Assembly (NCBI GenBank): GCA_001780275.1
Contig: MFGB01000005.1
Coordinates: 84,306-148,305, forward strand
Length of the DNA stretch: 64,000 nt
Source of the DNA: Candidatus Falkowbacteria bacterium RIFOXYA2_FULL_47_19
GTDB taxonomy: Bacteria > Patescibacteriota > Patescibacteriia > Patescibacteriales > UBA12075
Direction of reading: 5' to 3'
How positions within the stretch are numbered: the stretch's first letter is position 1; every line of letters starts with the position of its first letter. The position numbers and the translations under genes are program-made. Below are positions 9,786 through 20,088 of the stretch, one piece after another. Below the pieces are notes generated by a model. That model was given only the letters and a program-made list of their open reading frames with translations, ran no database searches and was not told where the DNA came from.

Positions 9786-10249
9786 TTGCGTATAATGTCG
9801 CGCGCTTTGTCCGTAAACAAGATCCCGTCCAGATGATCGATCTCGTGCTGCAGCACCCGGGCCAACAAACCGGCAGCCGACATTTTTATGGTCTTGCCGC
9901 TTCCGTCGATATAAGAATAATCCACTTTTTTGTGCCTTCTTACCTGTCCGAAAACGCCGGGAATCGACAGGCAGCCTTCCGCGCCCCATTCTTTAAGCCA
10001 GGATCGTTTGGTTATTTCCGGATTGATCATGCAGATGGCGCCATCCTTCGTATTGACCGTAATTACCCGGATGTTTTTGCCGATCTGCGGAGCCGCCAGG
10101 CCTACGCCGTCCTTTTTTAACATAGTTAAAACCATATCCTCGCAAAGTTCCTGGATCTGCCGGGTTTTAAGTTTTTTTGGATCCAGTTTCCGGGACTTTT
10201 TCCGTAAGACAGGATTCGGGTCCGTAATTATAGTTAATAATAGAGGCAT
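9782..10249 (-). CDS. def: Peptide deformylase
   Basis: GVGLAAPQIG, EGCLS, QHEIDHLDG. Confidence 0.98.
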   Translation of the reverse strand: MPLLLTIITDPNPVLRKKSRKLDPKKLKTRQIQELCEDMVLTMLKKDGVGLAAPQIGKNIRVITVNTKDGAICMINPEITKRSWLKEWGAEGCLSIPGVFGQVRRHKKVDYSYIDGSGKTIKMSAAGLLARVLQHEIDHLDGILFTDKARDIIRN

Positions 10250-10406
10250 ATTGACATTATTTATTATTCATGTTCTTTCTCGTATAATAGCTTATTTTTA
10301 TAAAAATGGCAAGATTTTAGCGCGATGTCGGCAATGACGGAAGATTAAAGAGAGTTAGTATTATTTTTAAAGCCGTTCATTAAAAAATTTAAAGGGGAAT
10401 GTAGCG

Positions 10407-11513
10407 ATGCGCGGAAAAAAAATATCCTGCTTTGTTTTCTGTCTTTTTTTACTTCTGAGCGGCTGCGGCACTTTTACTAAACCGGCCGACACGATAAAAA
10501 AAACAAAAGAACTCTTATTCGGACAGGCGCGGCATAATTTCAAAATACTGGAAGTCTCCATCAGAGAAAAAGTTCCGCATCGGCCGGAGATCGTGTTATG
10601 GGATTATCGCGCTGATAATGATCCGGAAGTAAAGGCCATGGTTTCTGGTTACGTGGCCGGAAAACAAGAGTTAATGGATAATCTCAGGTCGAGGCTTAAC
10701 TCTAAAATCATCCGGATATTTTTCGAAAATAGAGAATTACTGGTAGCATATACTTTTCAACCGGAGGAAAGACCGGAATTCATTGCCGCTTATAGCGCCT
10801 ATTTTAAAGACATTGCCCGGTTTTCCGCCGACCTGGGTATAGATTTGCCTGAGATCAATCCCATATTCATAAACGCACCCTATCCGGAGACACCGGCAAC
10901 TGAACGCACCGCCTATATCGTTTACAGATATTTCAAGCAATTCCGCCTGAAATGCTATTTCGAGGGCGAAAACGGCGAACGAACCAATCGCTTCTGGTTC
11001 GCCGGGTCGTTTTGCTCCGGTCAGCAGGGTGGGGTTGAAATTATCCTTTCAAATCCGGCCATCGGCGTCTATGAAGTCAGAAGGAACCCGCTGACGATCT
11101 GGAAAACCGACACCAGCAACATTTTTACGCTTCTGGCCACTCCTCTGGAAGAGCGTCTGCATTTTTTGGTTGGAGAATATACCGACAAAAAAATTCTTGA
11201 GGAGATCGGTCGCGTAAATGATCCGACAAGCGAGGAAATGCAGGTTATTCTTGACAAGTGGACGACCGTGGAAGAATTTATCGTCGGCGGCCTTGTTCAT
11301 AATATCCTGGATGCATACCTGGAGGCGAACGGACTAAAGATCGATCCAGCGGTCCGCGGGGAAGTAGTGGCTAATTTTAAAAATTCCCCTCAGTACAAAT
11401 ATCGGGCGGCCGGTATAGAATTCGTCCGTATAATCGGGATAAAAAAAGCGCTGGAGACCTATAAGCGCGATCCGGGTGCCTTGGCCGATCTTCTGAAAAG
11501 ATTCGCTAGATAA
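10407..11513 (+). CDS. Hypothetical lipoprotein
   Basis: Lipobox LLLSGC, SD AGGGG, own terminator at ~11517-11542. Confidence 0.75.
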   Translation: MRGKKISCFVFCLFLLLSGCGTFTKPADTIKKTKELLFGQARHNFKILEVSIREKVPHRPEIVLWDYRADNDPEVKAMVSGYVAGKQELMDNLRSRLNSKIIRIFFENRELLVAYTFQPEERPEFIAAYSAYFKDIARFSADLGIDLPEINPIFINAPYPETPATERTAYIVYRYFKQFRLKCYFEGENGERTNRFWFAGSFCSGQQGGVEIILSNPAIGVYEVRRNPLTIWKTDTSNIFTLLATPLEERLHFLVGEYTDKKILEEIGRVNDPTSEEMQVILDKWTTVEEFIVGGLVHNILDAYLEANGLKIDPAVRGEVVANFKNSPQYKYRAAGIEFVRIIGIKKALETYKRDPGALADLLKRFAR

Positions 11514-11600
11514 ACAACGGGAATTTTAAAAATTCCCGTTTTATTGTGAGTATTAACATTTCGCCGGTCTAATGTTATAATAAAAACAATTATTAAAGTT

Positions 11601-11903
11601 ATGGACGAGAAAAAAAGCGACATTACCGGTATCGGAGATATCCTCAAATCAAGGCAAATAAAAAAACCGCCCGCTTACGCCTGGCAGGACCTGGCTTTGC
11701 GCGTGGTAAAAGAGCTTAAAATACCGCCATTTAAAAAGGGCGCGGTTTTTAAGGTTTGCAAAGAGCATCCTTCCCAGACAATACTGAACGCCATGAATGA
11801 TACTAAAGAATTATGCAAAACCAAGGGGGCGGGCTGGAAATATTTTTTTAAGATAATCGGAAGCCCCAAAGAGGAGGGGGCTGACGCGCAGGACCGATCT
11901 TAG
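11601..11903 (+). CDS. Small basic hypothetical protein
   Basis: Preceded by a TATAAT promoter, followed by a hairpin at ~11933-11957. Confidence 0.7.
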   Translation: MDEKKSDITGIGDILKSRQIKKPPAYAWQDLALRVVKELKIPPFKKGAVFKVCKEHPSQTILNAMNDTKELCKTKGAGWKYFFKIIGSPKEEGADAQDRS

Positions 11904-11971
11904 TCTTAAATTTTAAAGTTTATTTGTAAAACAAAAGAGGCTTTTAAAGCCTCTTTTATAATATTATCCGT

Positions 11972-12760
11972 TTATAATTCAAAGTCCATCGCCAAGTAAC
12001 CCACTCCGAAAGGATATTCGTATGACAACAATTTCGGCTCATGCTTGATGCCGTCAAGGATCCCCAAAAGGATCAGGATAGATTTCAGTCCGCATTCGCC
12101 CGCGTCCATGGTCAGATGCCGATCGATCTCGACTATATCACGGAACCTGTTCTTTAAAAGGCACTCCTGGATCTTTTGGTCGAATTTTTTGCCCTTGGGC
12201 GAGTAACCGGCCGGCGCGTCCTTGGTCAGGCGGTGAGAAAGATCGCCGGAAGCGATAACCGCCACCCGGTCCCGATTGACCAGGAATTCGCGTTTCAGGA
12301 GTTCTCCGAATTGGAAATGGGCTTCGTTGCTGAGACCGGAATAATAGATGGGGATTATTTTTACAGCCGGCAATTTTTCGGTCAGAAGATAGAGCGGCAC
12401 GGACGCTCCGTGGTCAAGCTCTTCGGCGGAGATAAGCTGCAGAGGCGCTTTGGTTTCAAGGCTTTCCCTTATCCGGTGGGTTAGCGCGATATTGCCGTTC
12501 CAGGTTTTTTTCGTGGCAAAATCCCCGAAATCCTTGAAATTGCAGGAAAATTGGGGATTAAGATTCATCGTAAATACGTTAGACTGGATTATGCCGTGCG
12601 GAGAAATAATGACGATGGTGTCGATATTGTCGTCCGTAAGTTTTTTCGCCAGCAAGCGGTAGGATTCGGCCGTTGCCGCCAGCCGGGAAAGGTTTTCTTT
12701 CCCGATCGCGGGAATAAGCAGGGGCGGATGGGGGACCACTGAAGCGTGAACGAGAGACAT
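11972..12760 (-). CDS. amrB: AmmeMemoRadiSam protein B / LigB-like (MEMO) fold
   Basis: PHPPLLIP, ISPH, LDHG, ASGDLSH, AGECG, YEYPFGVGY. Confidence 0.85.
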   Translation of the reverse strand: MSLVHASVVPHPPLLIPAIGKENLSRLAATAESYRLLAKKLTDDNIDTIVIISPHGIIQSNVFTMNLNPQFSCNFKDFGDFATKKTWNGNIALTHRIRESLETKAPLQLISAEELDHGASVPLYLLTEKLPAVKIIPIYYSGLSNEAHFQFGELLKREFLVNRDRVAVIASGDLSHRLTKDAPAGYSPKGKKFDQKIQECLLKNRFRDIVEIDRHLTMDAGECGLKSILILLGILDGIKHEPKLLSYEYPFGVGYLAMDFEL

Positions 12761-12809
12761 ATACTTTTACAAAAGACGCATGGATATTGCGTCTTTTTTC
12801 TTATATTTT

Positions 12810-14357
12810 TTATGGGTTTAAAATATTATTTATAGTTTCGCTTAACTCATCGTCCGCGGTCGAGGTCGCGGCGGCGTCCTGAGAGTCGGCTGCGTCATCG
12901 TCAGTCTCCGTTTCCGCCGCGTAAATCTCGCTTAAGGGTTCGCCGACTTCGTAGAGAGCCAGTATTTTCGGGGTAACCGTAATAACGTTCTCCCAGCGGT
13001 AGCCCATATCTTCGAATATTTTGCCGGAAGTGATCGCCCTTCTCCTGCCATTGTCTATGACATAAACGGCCGGCGAAGCGCTTGATTTTATGAGCTCGCC
13101 ATCGCCGAAGATGGCCGGTTCCACGGTTTTATACCCGGCCAGTTTTTCCGGGGATTCGGGGGTGATCGCCTTGCCCTTGAATTTAGTTTTAAGAAGCACG
13201 GCGTCCCAGAGCGGCGCTTTCGTCCCGTCGCTTACCCAGTAGATTCCGCCGGTAGTTTTATCCTGGAGCAAAGCGCCGGTCGGGTAAGAGGTCGTAGCGG
13301 TCAAGGGGACGCCCTCCCGGTAGGCGTTTATATCTTCCCAACTCGCGTTCATAACCTCTTCCGGGTTATAGCCGATCTTCCGGAAAGCTTCGGTGCTGTC
13401 AAACCCGCGCCGGGTATCATCAACTAAAAGATAAATCGTGCCCCCGGGGGAGCGAACCAGCGAGTATTGCGGGAATTTTATGGGCGCGCCTTTAGGGTAG
13501 CGGTCTAATTCGCTTTTACCCACCTGGAGCACTTTTTTGACATCAAAACGGCTGGTTAAAGCGCCCTTGCTTAAAAACGGGCGTTTTTGGCCTTTTTGGA
13601 TAAGCCAGACACCGGCCTCCCCCTTAACCTGGAGCAAACTGCCATTCGGATAAGTGAATGTAAAATAACGCATCCAGAGCTTGTGGAAATTAAAGTTGCC
13701 GTTATAAACATGCGGAGTGTAGTTATAAAGAGCGGCAGTAGCGTTGTTGGCCGGGGTAACGGCCTGAGCAGGCCGGCCGGTATTCGTGATCGTATAAGTA
13801 TTGCCGGCTTTATAGGAGTAAAGATGCGGGTTGGTGACATAATCGAAGAATTGCAAAGCCGCGGAATTCACCTGTTTTCCGAAGCCCTGCCAGCGGGAAT
13901 TACAGCCGCCGCCGTCCGGACAGCCGTAGCCGGTCGCCCAGTCAAGCTGCCTCGGGGTGGGGGAGGTATCATCGATAAGGCTTTGCTCTTTTTGCAGTAA
14001 AACGAGCAGTAGGCGGGGATTTATCCGGGCGGGTTTGCATTTTATCTTTCTTTCGGCCTCGGTCGGATTGGCGCTCATCTCCGCGTCGCCGCAATCGTAG
14101 TTATTGGTAGCGGCGTCATAGATTATCTCCGCGGCGGTTTTGGTCTTGCCCTCGAAGTTTGCCGTTTTATAGCGGGCAAGGTAGCCGCCCTGGTTATCCA
14201 GAAAAGCCTGAATTTCGGAGAGGGTCATGGTGCTCGAGTCGAGCATTTCCGCGTCGCTGATTATATTATTGGGATTGAATTCCGCGGCCCGCGCCCCGCT
14301 CCAAGCTAAACCTAAGCCGATCGTTATTATGCTCAGTAATAAAAACTTTTTAGTCAT
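12810..14357 (-). CDS. Secreted CPR surface protein: putative lysozyme-like N-domain plus C-terminal repeats
   Basis: Signal peptide; INPRLLLVLLQKEQSLI, GYGCPD, ATAALYNYTPH; four G-L-K...VY-I-G-KR repeats; acidic tail. Confidence 0.7.
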   Translation of the reverse strand: MTKKFLLLSIITIGLGLAWSGARAAEFNPNNIISDAEMLDSSTMTLSEIQAFLDNQGGYLARYKTANFEGKTKTAAEIIYDAATNNYDCGDAEMSANPTEAERKIKCKPARINPRLLLVLLQKEQSLIDDTSPTPRQLDWATGYGCPDGGGCNSRWQGFGKQVNSAALQFFDYVTNPHLYSYKAGNTYTITNTGRPAQAVTPANNATAALYNYTPHVYNGNFNFHKLWMRYFTFTYPNGSLLQVKGEAGVWLIQKGQKRPFLSKGALTSRFDVKKVLQVGKSELDRYPKGAPIKFPQYSLVRSPGGTIYLLVDDTRRGFDSTEAFRKIGYNPEEVMNASWEDINAYREGVPLTATTSYPTGALLQDKTTGGIYWVSDGTKAPLWDAVLLKTKFKGKAITPESPEKLAGYKTVEPAIFGDGELIKSSASPAVYVIDNGRRRAITSGKIFEDMGYRWENVITVTPKILALYEVGEPLSEIYAAETETDDDAADSQDAAATSTADDELSETINNILNP

Positions 14358-14489
14358 ATTAAAACAAAAAAGACACGATTTATAATGTCCGTAAGTTAAT
14401 TTTTTATTATTTTTATTATACTATAGATCGCTTTTTTGCACAAATTAATACAATTAGAAAATTTTAAAAAATAAAAGAGGTTAATTTAT

Positions 14490-14927
14490 TCAACCTCTTA
14501 CTTTTTTATTTTTTTCTTTCGCTTCATCTAAAATTTTTCTGAATCTGTTGACATTCTTCCAGAAATCATACATTTCAATCCTGCCTGGATGGTGTTTTTG
14601 TAAGTCCCCGAACAGGCGTTTGGTTTTCCTATCCCAACCAGCTAAAGAAATAACCGGAAAATCTTTGATGGCCTCTTTGATCAAGCAGGTAGCCAAGCCG
14701 CGTCCGCGATAACGTTCATGCACATAAATCATAAAATAAATTTTATATTCATGGTGCAATACAAACGCCCAGCCCATAAGCTGTTTCGGACCCATTATGA
14801 CCATAGTCGGCGATTCTGGAAAATATGGGATAAAACGCCTTAGCCAACCGCCTTCAAGAGTGGCCCGCTTTAATCTCTCTTGCATTCGTTCGTCCCAATC
14901 ACAAAATTTTTTCCTGAGTATATCCAC
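14490..14927 (-). CDS. GNAT family acetyltransferase
   Basis: Acetyl-CoA motif A YVHERYRGRGLA; GTG start with SD GGGGG. Confidence 0.8.
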   Translation of the reverse strand: MDILRKKFCDWDERMQERLKRATLEGGWLRRFIPYFPESPTMVIMGPKQLMGWAFVLHHEYKIYFMIYVHERYRGRGLATCLIKEAIKDFPVISLAGWDRKTKRLFGDLQKHHPGRIEMYDFWKNVNRFRKILDEAKEKNKKVRG

Positions 14928-15016
14928 TATACAATACCCCCGTTTTTAGTCAAAGTACGAATTTTATCTAGTTTAGTATAAGTTAAAAGTTTTGTCAAAA
15001 ACATTTTTGCACAAAT

Positions 15017-15049
15017 AAAAACCCCGGAATTGATTTTCCGGGGATTTTT
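15017..15049. terminator. Bidirectional intrinsic terminator
   Basis: AAAAACCCCGGAA...TTCCGGGGATTTTT. Confidence 0.75.
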
Positions 15050-15078
15050 CATTTTTTGAAAGGTGCTCTCATGCCCCA

Positions 15079-16407
15079 TTACGGCATGGATAAGATAAAC
15101 ATTTTGTTATTCTGCGAACGGGCAAAACTCCAATCTAATACTTTCCCGGCGCCTAGACGATTATCAATGTCGCCACGCTCTTCCGGTCCGGCCGGAAAAT
15201 CTCCTGGCATTGGCACCGGGTGCGTATTATAGTAATAACCTTCCTGGACATACGCGATATCCGATGCGTCCACTTTTATTTCCGAGAATAAAGGCGGTAT
15301 AGGATCATCTACCGTACCTTGCGTATTCCCGGGCAGATGACAGGTAATATACGGCGCGCTTTCCAATCCGTCAACCATGTTAGAGACGGAAATGAAAACT
15401 CCCGTAAAAAGATTGATACCACCGTACATCGCCACCGCGGCATTTATTTCTACTGCATATTCCGTGGTTCCCGCCGGGAGGAGAGTGTCAATAAAAGCCG
15501 CTCCGTCCGGACTTTCCAGGTCTTCTAAGGTCCGGGCAACGCGGAAAATAACGCCGTCGCTTTCGGCGGGCGGCATCCATCCGAAAATAGCCTTATAACG
15601 GTTGCCGACCGTACTTGCTTCCAGCCTTTGGAGATAGGCGTGCATTATGGGTTCAACAATGGGATTCTGGACCGCTATGGTTATATTCGTAAATTCGTAG
15701 CTGCCCGCTGCTTGACCGCAGTAAACCTTTAGTTCGGCAGTCATAACCGGATCTCGGAGGACGATTTCAATAGAATGTCGTCTCCATTCAGAATCGACAA
15801 ATACAGTCCTTTCGGTGGAGTGGGACACGCCGTCTTCGTCTTCTATTCTCAGCGAAATCAAACTGTCAGAACCGGCCAGATCGGTGAATTTAGCATCAAA
15901 TTCAACCAATACGACCTGTCCGACATTGGCGTTTACGCCGGTTTTCTTCCAATATATGTCTTTCGGGTCTATCGGTTCCGTTTCGACGTTGATGTTGATG
16001 ACCCGCAACGAGTGGTTAATCCCGTCATTGTCCGGATCAGTCCCGGTCAAATATGATTCATAGGAATCATTTAGAGTGTTTACATACGCGGTACCGAGCG
16101 TTACTTCGTTAGAATTTCCGCTTTGTTCGGTTGTGCCTACAATGTAGGCTCGGCAAACGAAATAGTAGGTATTATTTTCATCTATATCAGGAATGGTACA
16201 GTTAGTGGCCGTGCCCTCCCACCTGGGGAGGGAATAGTTATAGTTTGCCCCAGCCGATCTTATGAATATCCTGTAACCGATTTCTCTGCCCTGCTGATCG
16301 GGAGGATTTGGGTCCCAGGCCAGGCTTACATCGGCAGCGTTCGCGCTCATTGCGAAGAGACCGCCGAGTGCCAGAAAAAAGATCAGAATTACGGAAATTT
16401 TTTTCAT
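15079..16407 (-). CDS. Secreted fibronectin type III protein with CBM-like domain and possible dockerin-like C-terminus
   Basis: Signal peptide; LAWDPN...GYRIF...YYFVCRAY...SGNSNEV (FN3); C-terminal VDASD and GDIDN motifs. Confidence 0.7.
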   Translation of the reverse strand: MKKISVILIFFLALGGLFAMSANAADVSLAWDPNPPDQQGREIGYRIFIRSAGANYNYSLPRWEGTATNCTIPDIDENNTYYFVCRAYIVGTTEQSGNSNEVTLGTAYVNTLNDSYESYLTGTDPDNDGINHSLRVININVETEPIDPKDIYWKKTGVNANVGQVVLVEFDAKFTDLAGSDSLISLRIEDEDGVSHSTERTVFVDSEWRRHSIEIVLRDPVMTAELKVYCGQAAGSYEFTNITIAVQNPIVEPIMHAYLQRLEASTVGNRYKAIFGWMPPAESDGVIFRVARTLEDLESPDGAAFIDTLLPAGTTEYAVEINAAVAMYGGINLFTGVFISVSNMVDGLESAPYITCHLPGNTQGTVDDPIPPLFSEIKVDASDIAYVQEGYYYNTHPVPMPGDFPAGPEERGDIDNRLGAGKVLDWSFARSQNNKMFILSMP

Positions 16408-16650
16408 GCTTTCCTCCTATATTTGGGTTGTAATGAGCAATTTTGCTTGACTATTTTATGTTTTTATTTTTTAATATAGTTTATTTTTTATTCTAATATT
16501 AGTTTTATATAATTAAATTACTTGACATATATTAATTTATGTGCTATAATTAAATGTTAAGATATAAAAATATTAGAACTAACTACTATATACTAAAAAT
16601 TAAATTTTGTCAAGCCCTAGTTTTAAACGGCTTGACTAAGACAATAATTT

Positions 16651-19600
16651 ATGAAAAAACTATTCGTGATCATCGCTTTAAGCGCTCTCTTGCCGCTTAA
16701 CCCGGTCTTAGCCGCTAGCGCCAGAATCGTGGTGCCGGCAAGCGTAGGACTAAACGAAAGTTTTACTGCACAGGTCAATATTGACGATGCCGAGGATTTG
16801 CATGCCTCACGTTTCCTTGTAGATTACGACAAATCCCTTTTAGAATTTAATAATGCGGAAGTCGGCGAACTTATGGACCTTGGTTGTGATGACTTAACTC
16901 CCGGATTTCAGACTACTGATACTGGTTTACATTTTTACGTTGACAGGGGTAGTTGTGATGGAATAAATGGCAACGGTACGGCCGCGATATTAAACTTTAC
17001 CGCCAAAGGAGAGTCCGGGACTTCTGGGTTAAATTTTGTTACAGAAGGAGAAGAAAAAAGTTATCTTACTGATTCGGAGGGAATGCCCATTTCTGCTACT
17101 TGGGAAAACAGCCAAACTATAATTGATGAACAAATTATTCCGGAAGAACCGGTGGTCGATGTTATGATTACGCCGGCCGATCAAACCGTAAACGTAGGGG
17201 ATAACGTTGCTGTGGCCGTAACCGTCAAAGACGCAATCAATCTTAATACGGTCGATTTGGCCTTAACTTTTGATAATACGATTTTGACCTTTGTGGGCGT
17301 AACTCCGTCAGAAACATTAAACGATAATGGCTGGACTCTGTATGATCCGTTCGAGTATGAATCCGGATTAATCATGGTTTCAATGGATGGTATTGATGGT
17401 ACACCGATAAATAACAATCAAACACTCGTTATATTCAATTTTACTGCCATTGATTCGGGAACTTCTTATCTTAATTTCGAACCTGATTTCAATTTCTTAA
17501 ACTTTGGCGATTTAACAGCTTTGTGGAATAATGGAAACGTCACGGTTAACCAGGTAGTTGTGCCGCCGGTTGATGATACAATGGAGGTGCGTTTCTCTGA
17601 ACTTTACGAGCTTGATTACGGCTCCAGCTTCCCCTTTTGGGTAAAATTGTACAGGCCAATAGACGTATCTTACTTTTTTGCCGAATTTACTTATAACACA
17701 GAGGTTTTAAGTTACGAAGAATTTGAGTCAGGTATTACAAATGTTCCTGAATATAGCGACTGGATGCTTGATGTATTTGAAAATACACCCGGAACAATAA
17801 CGGTTATGATGGATGGAACCGGTGCGCTTCCAATAACCAATCCCACCGAAGATATACTCATGGTGGCGTTGAATTTTGAAGCGGTCGGATACGGCATAAG
17901 TACATTCGACTTTACTGAAAATCCCGACACCTGCCTGGTGGCCAACGAATCTTTTGAATCTTATGATGTCGAATGGGAAAATAGGGAAGTGACTGTTATT
18001 GATGATCAGTCTCCGATCATCAACGTAATTTTACCGACAAACGAAGACGTTTATTATTACGAAAACGCCGATCCGACCATCACTGTGCATGGAACGGCCA
18101 CGGACAATGTCGGACTTGTAAGTATCGGAAGCTCGATAGATGGCGGTACAGGTGGTGCGGGCGGCGGAGCCGGATTACCCGGACCAGATCCGGAAATTAA
18201 TTTCAGTTATGAATTCACATTAAGTGAAGGAGAAAATACAATAACAATAAGCGGCACCGACGAAGCCGGTAATTCCGCCAGCGATATTATCACAATCCAT
18301 TACTCTTTGCCCGATACGACCGCTCCGGTTATAACTTTAGTCGGCGAAAACCCTGTTAATATCTACGTCGGCGACACCTATACCGATGCCGGCGCGACCG
18401 CTATGGACGGCACAGACGGAAATATCACTGCAAATATCACTACTGTTAATCCGGTAGATATAAATATTGTCGGAACCTATGCCATAACTTATAACGTTAC
18501 CGACGCCGCTGGCAACCACGCTACCGAGGCGACCAGAACCGTTAATGTTCAGGAACCGCCTACGCCTCCAGCTCCCGCTGATATTATAGCTCCGGTCCGT
18601 TCTAATGGCGCGCCTGCGGGCACTTTAACAGCCGGCACGGCTAACGCTAACCTGACTTTTAATACCGATGAGCCGGCTTATTGCCGCTACGCTATGACGG
18701 CCAGCACCTCTTACGAGGCTATGACCGGCATCATATCGGCGGCCACGACCACCGCGCATACGCTTGCATTGAGCGGTTTAGCCAACGATACTAATCATAA
18801 ATATTATGTCCGCTGCGCCGACGAAAACGGCAACGCCAATATCGACGATTACGAAATATCCTTCTATGTAGATAAACCGGCCGCGAGTACCGGCGGAGGC
18901 GGTGGTTCTTCTTCCGGCGGCGGCAGCGGCGGAGGAGGCGGAGGAGGCGGGGGTGGCGGAGGCTCTTTGGCCACGCCCGTTTCGACCAAGCCGGGAACGG
19001 TAAGCTCGACTACCGCCGAAAGGACCGAGAACGCGATAACGATAAAATGGCAGAACCCGGCCGCTAATTACTCTAAATCCATGATCATAAAATCAACCGA
19101 GGCGCTTGCTTCCTACCTTACCTGCCAAGCCGCCGAGGCTCTCGGAGAAAAAATATATGACGGCAACGGCACCGCCTATGAAGACAAAGACATAGCTTCG
19201 AACCTTAAATATTATTACGCTCTATACGCCAAAAACAGCCAGGGTGAATGCTCGGACGCGGTTATCATAGAAAAGGGAGCGACAACCGGCGGAAATACCG
19301 GCGACTCCGATACCGATAATAACGGCGTAACCGTAGCAGTCGGCACATATAAGAATCTGGGCGGTGTCGAGGGACGGATAGTGGAAGCGGTCAGCTTAAG
19401 CGAGGCCCGGGAAATAAGAGGCAATAAAGCCCCCGTCGCTTTAAGCGCCACCACTAAGCGTTTGTATGATTATATCTATAACAAACGTAAAGCCGATCTA
19501 AGCGAAGAAGAAAGATACGCTTTAGCTTATTATATCCATAATGGCACTCCTACCACGAAAATACTCGGAGCAGGGGAAAGGGCGGGCGTTTTAAACTCCT

Positions 19601-19941
19601 ATCTGGCCGCTTTCAGTAAACTTCCCAAAACCGAGGCTGAATGGCAGGATGTTATAAAGATCGCGAACGGCCGCTGGCCAAGCGAAAAGAATGCCGCCAA
19701 GGAAAAAGCCGCCCAGGATACGAAATTCGCGGAAGTTTATAAGCGGCAACCTGATATGAACAACGCGCGCGATAATGCCGCCGTCACGGTCATCGCCTAC
19801 GGACTTAGGCCGGCCGAGAGGAATATGGAAAGCGAAAAAGCCGCTATCCGGATATTCAGGGCGATATTCAGCTACGATCCGGCCTCAGCCATTGACTGGG
19901 ATATTGTGAGGGCGATCGCTTATTCCGGCGCGGTAAGATAA
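16651..19941 (+). CDS. Large surface protein: three cohesin-like domains, Ig-like/DUF5011 domains, Gly-rich linker, CPR-type C-terminal domain
   Basis: Repeated V-I...L-YD/FD...L-F-A...G-S-LNF pattern; DTTAPVITLVG...YTDAGATA; poly-Gly; GAGERAGV...KIANGRWP tail. Confidence 0.8.
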   Translation: MKKLFVIIALSALLPLNPVLAASARIVVPASVGLNESFTAQVNIDDAEDLHASRFLVDYDKSLLEFNNAEVGELMDLGCDDLTPGFQTTDTGLHFYVDRGSCDGINGNGTAAILNFTAKGESGTSGLNFVTEGEEKSYLTDSEGMPISATWENSQTIIDEQIIPEEPVVDVMITPADQTVNVGDNVAVAVTVKDAINLNTVDLALTFDNTILTFVGVTPSETLNDNGWTLYDPFEYESGLIMVSMDGIDGTPINNNQTLVIFNFTAIDSGTSYLNFEPDFNFLNFGDLTALWNNGNVTVNQVVVPPVDDTMEVRFSELYELDYGSSFPFWVKLYRPIDVSYFFAEFTYNTEVLSYEEFESGITNVPEYSDWMLDVFENTPGTITVMMDGTGALPITNPTEDILMVALNFEAVGYGISTFDFTENPDTCLVANESFESYDVEWENREVTVIDDQSPIINVILPTNEDVYYYENADPTITVHGTATDNVGLVSIGSSIDGGTGGAGGGAGLPGPDPEINFSYEFTLSEGENTITISGTDEAGNSASDIITIHYSLPDTTAPVITLVGENPVNIYVGDTYTDAGATAMDGTDGNITANITTVNPVDINIVGTYAITYNVTDAAGNHATEATRTVNVQEPPTPPAPADIIAPVRSNGAPAGTLTAGTANANLTFNTDEPAYCRYAMTASTSYEAMTGIISAATTTAHTLALSGLANDTNHKYYVRCADENGNANIDDYEISFYVDKPAASTGGGGGSSSGGGSGGGGGGGGGGGGSLATPVSTKPGTVSSTTAERTENAITIKWQNPAANYSKSMIIKSTEALASYLTCQAAEALGEKIYDGNGTAYEDKDIASNLKYYYALYAKNSQGECSDAVIIEKGATTGGNTGDSDTDNNGVTVAVGTYKNLGGVEGRIVEAVSLSEAREIRGNKAPVALSATTKRLYDYIYNKRKADLSEEERYALAYYIHNGTPTTKILGAGERAGVLNSYLAAFSKLPKTEAEWQDVIKIANGRWPSEKNAAKEKAAQDTKFAEVYKRQPDMNNARDNAAVTVIAYGLRPAERNMESEKAAIRIFRAIFSYDPASAIDWDIVRAIAYSGAVR

Positions 19942-19973
19942 AAAGACACAAAGACGTTTATAAGTTTATATAC

Positions 19974-20002
19974 GTAGAGACGTTGCAATGCAACGTCTCT
20001 AC
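19974..20002. repeat. GTAG-type REP-like palindrome, copy 1
   Basis: GTAGAGACGTTGCA-A-TGCAACGTCTCTAC. Confidence 0.8.
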
Positions 20003-20088
20003 AGTTATTACGGTCGTGAGTTCGGAATTTATTTCAATAAAAAACCAGGTTCCTCATCGTGAACCCGGTTTTTATATTTAAAAATCCA

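Noticed and set aside
18891..18963. GGC/GGA-rich repeat
   Set aside because: Simply encodes the Gly/Ser linker of the surface protein.
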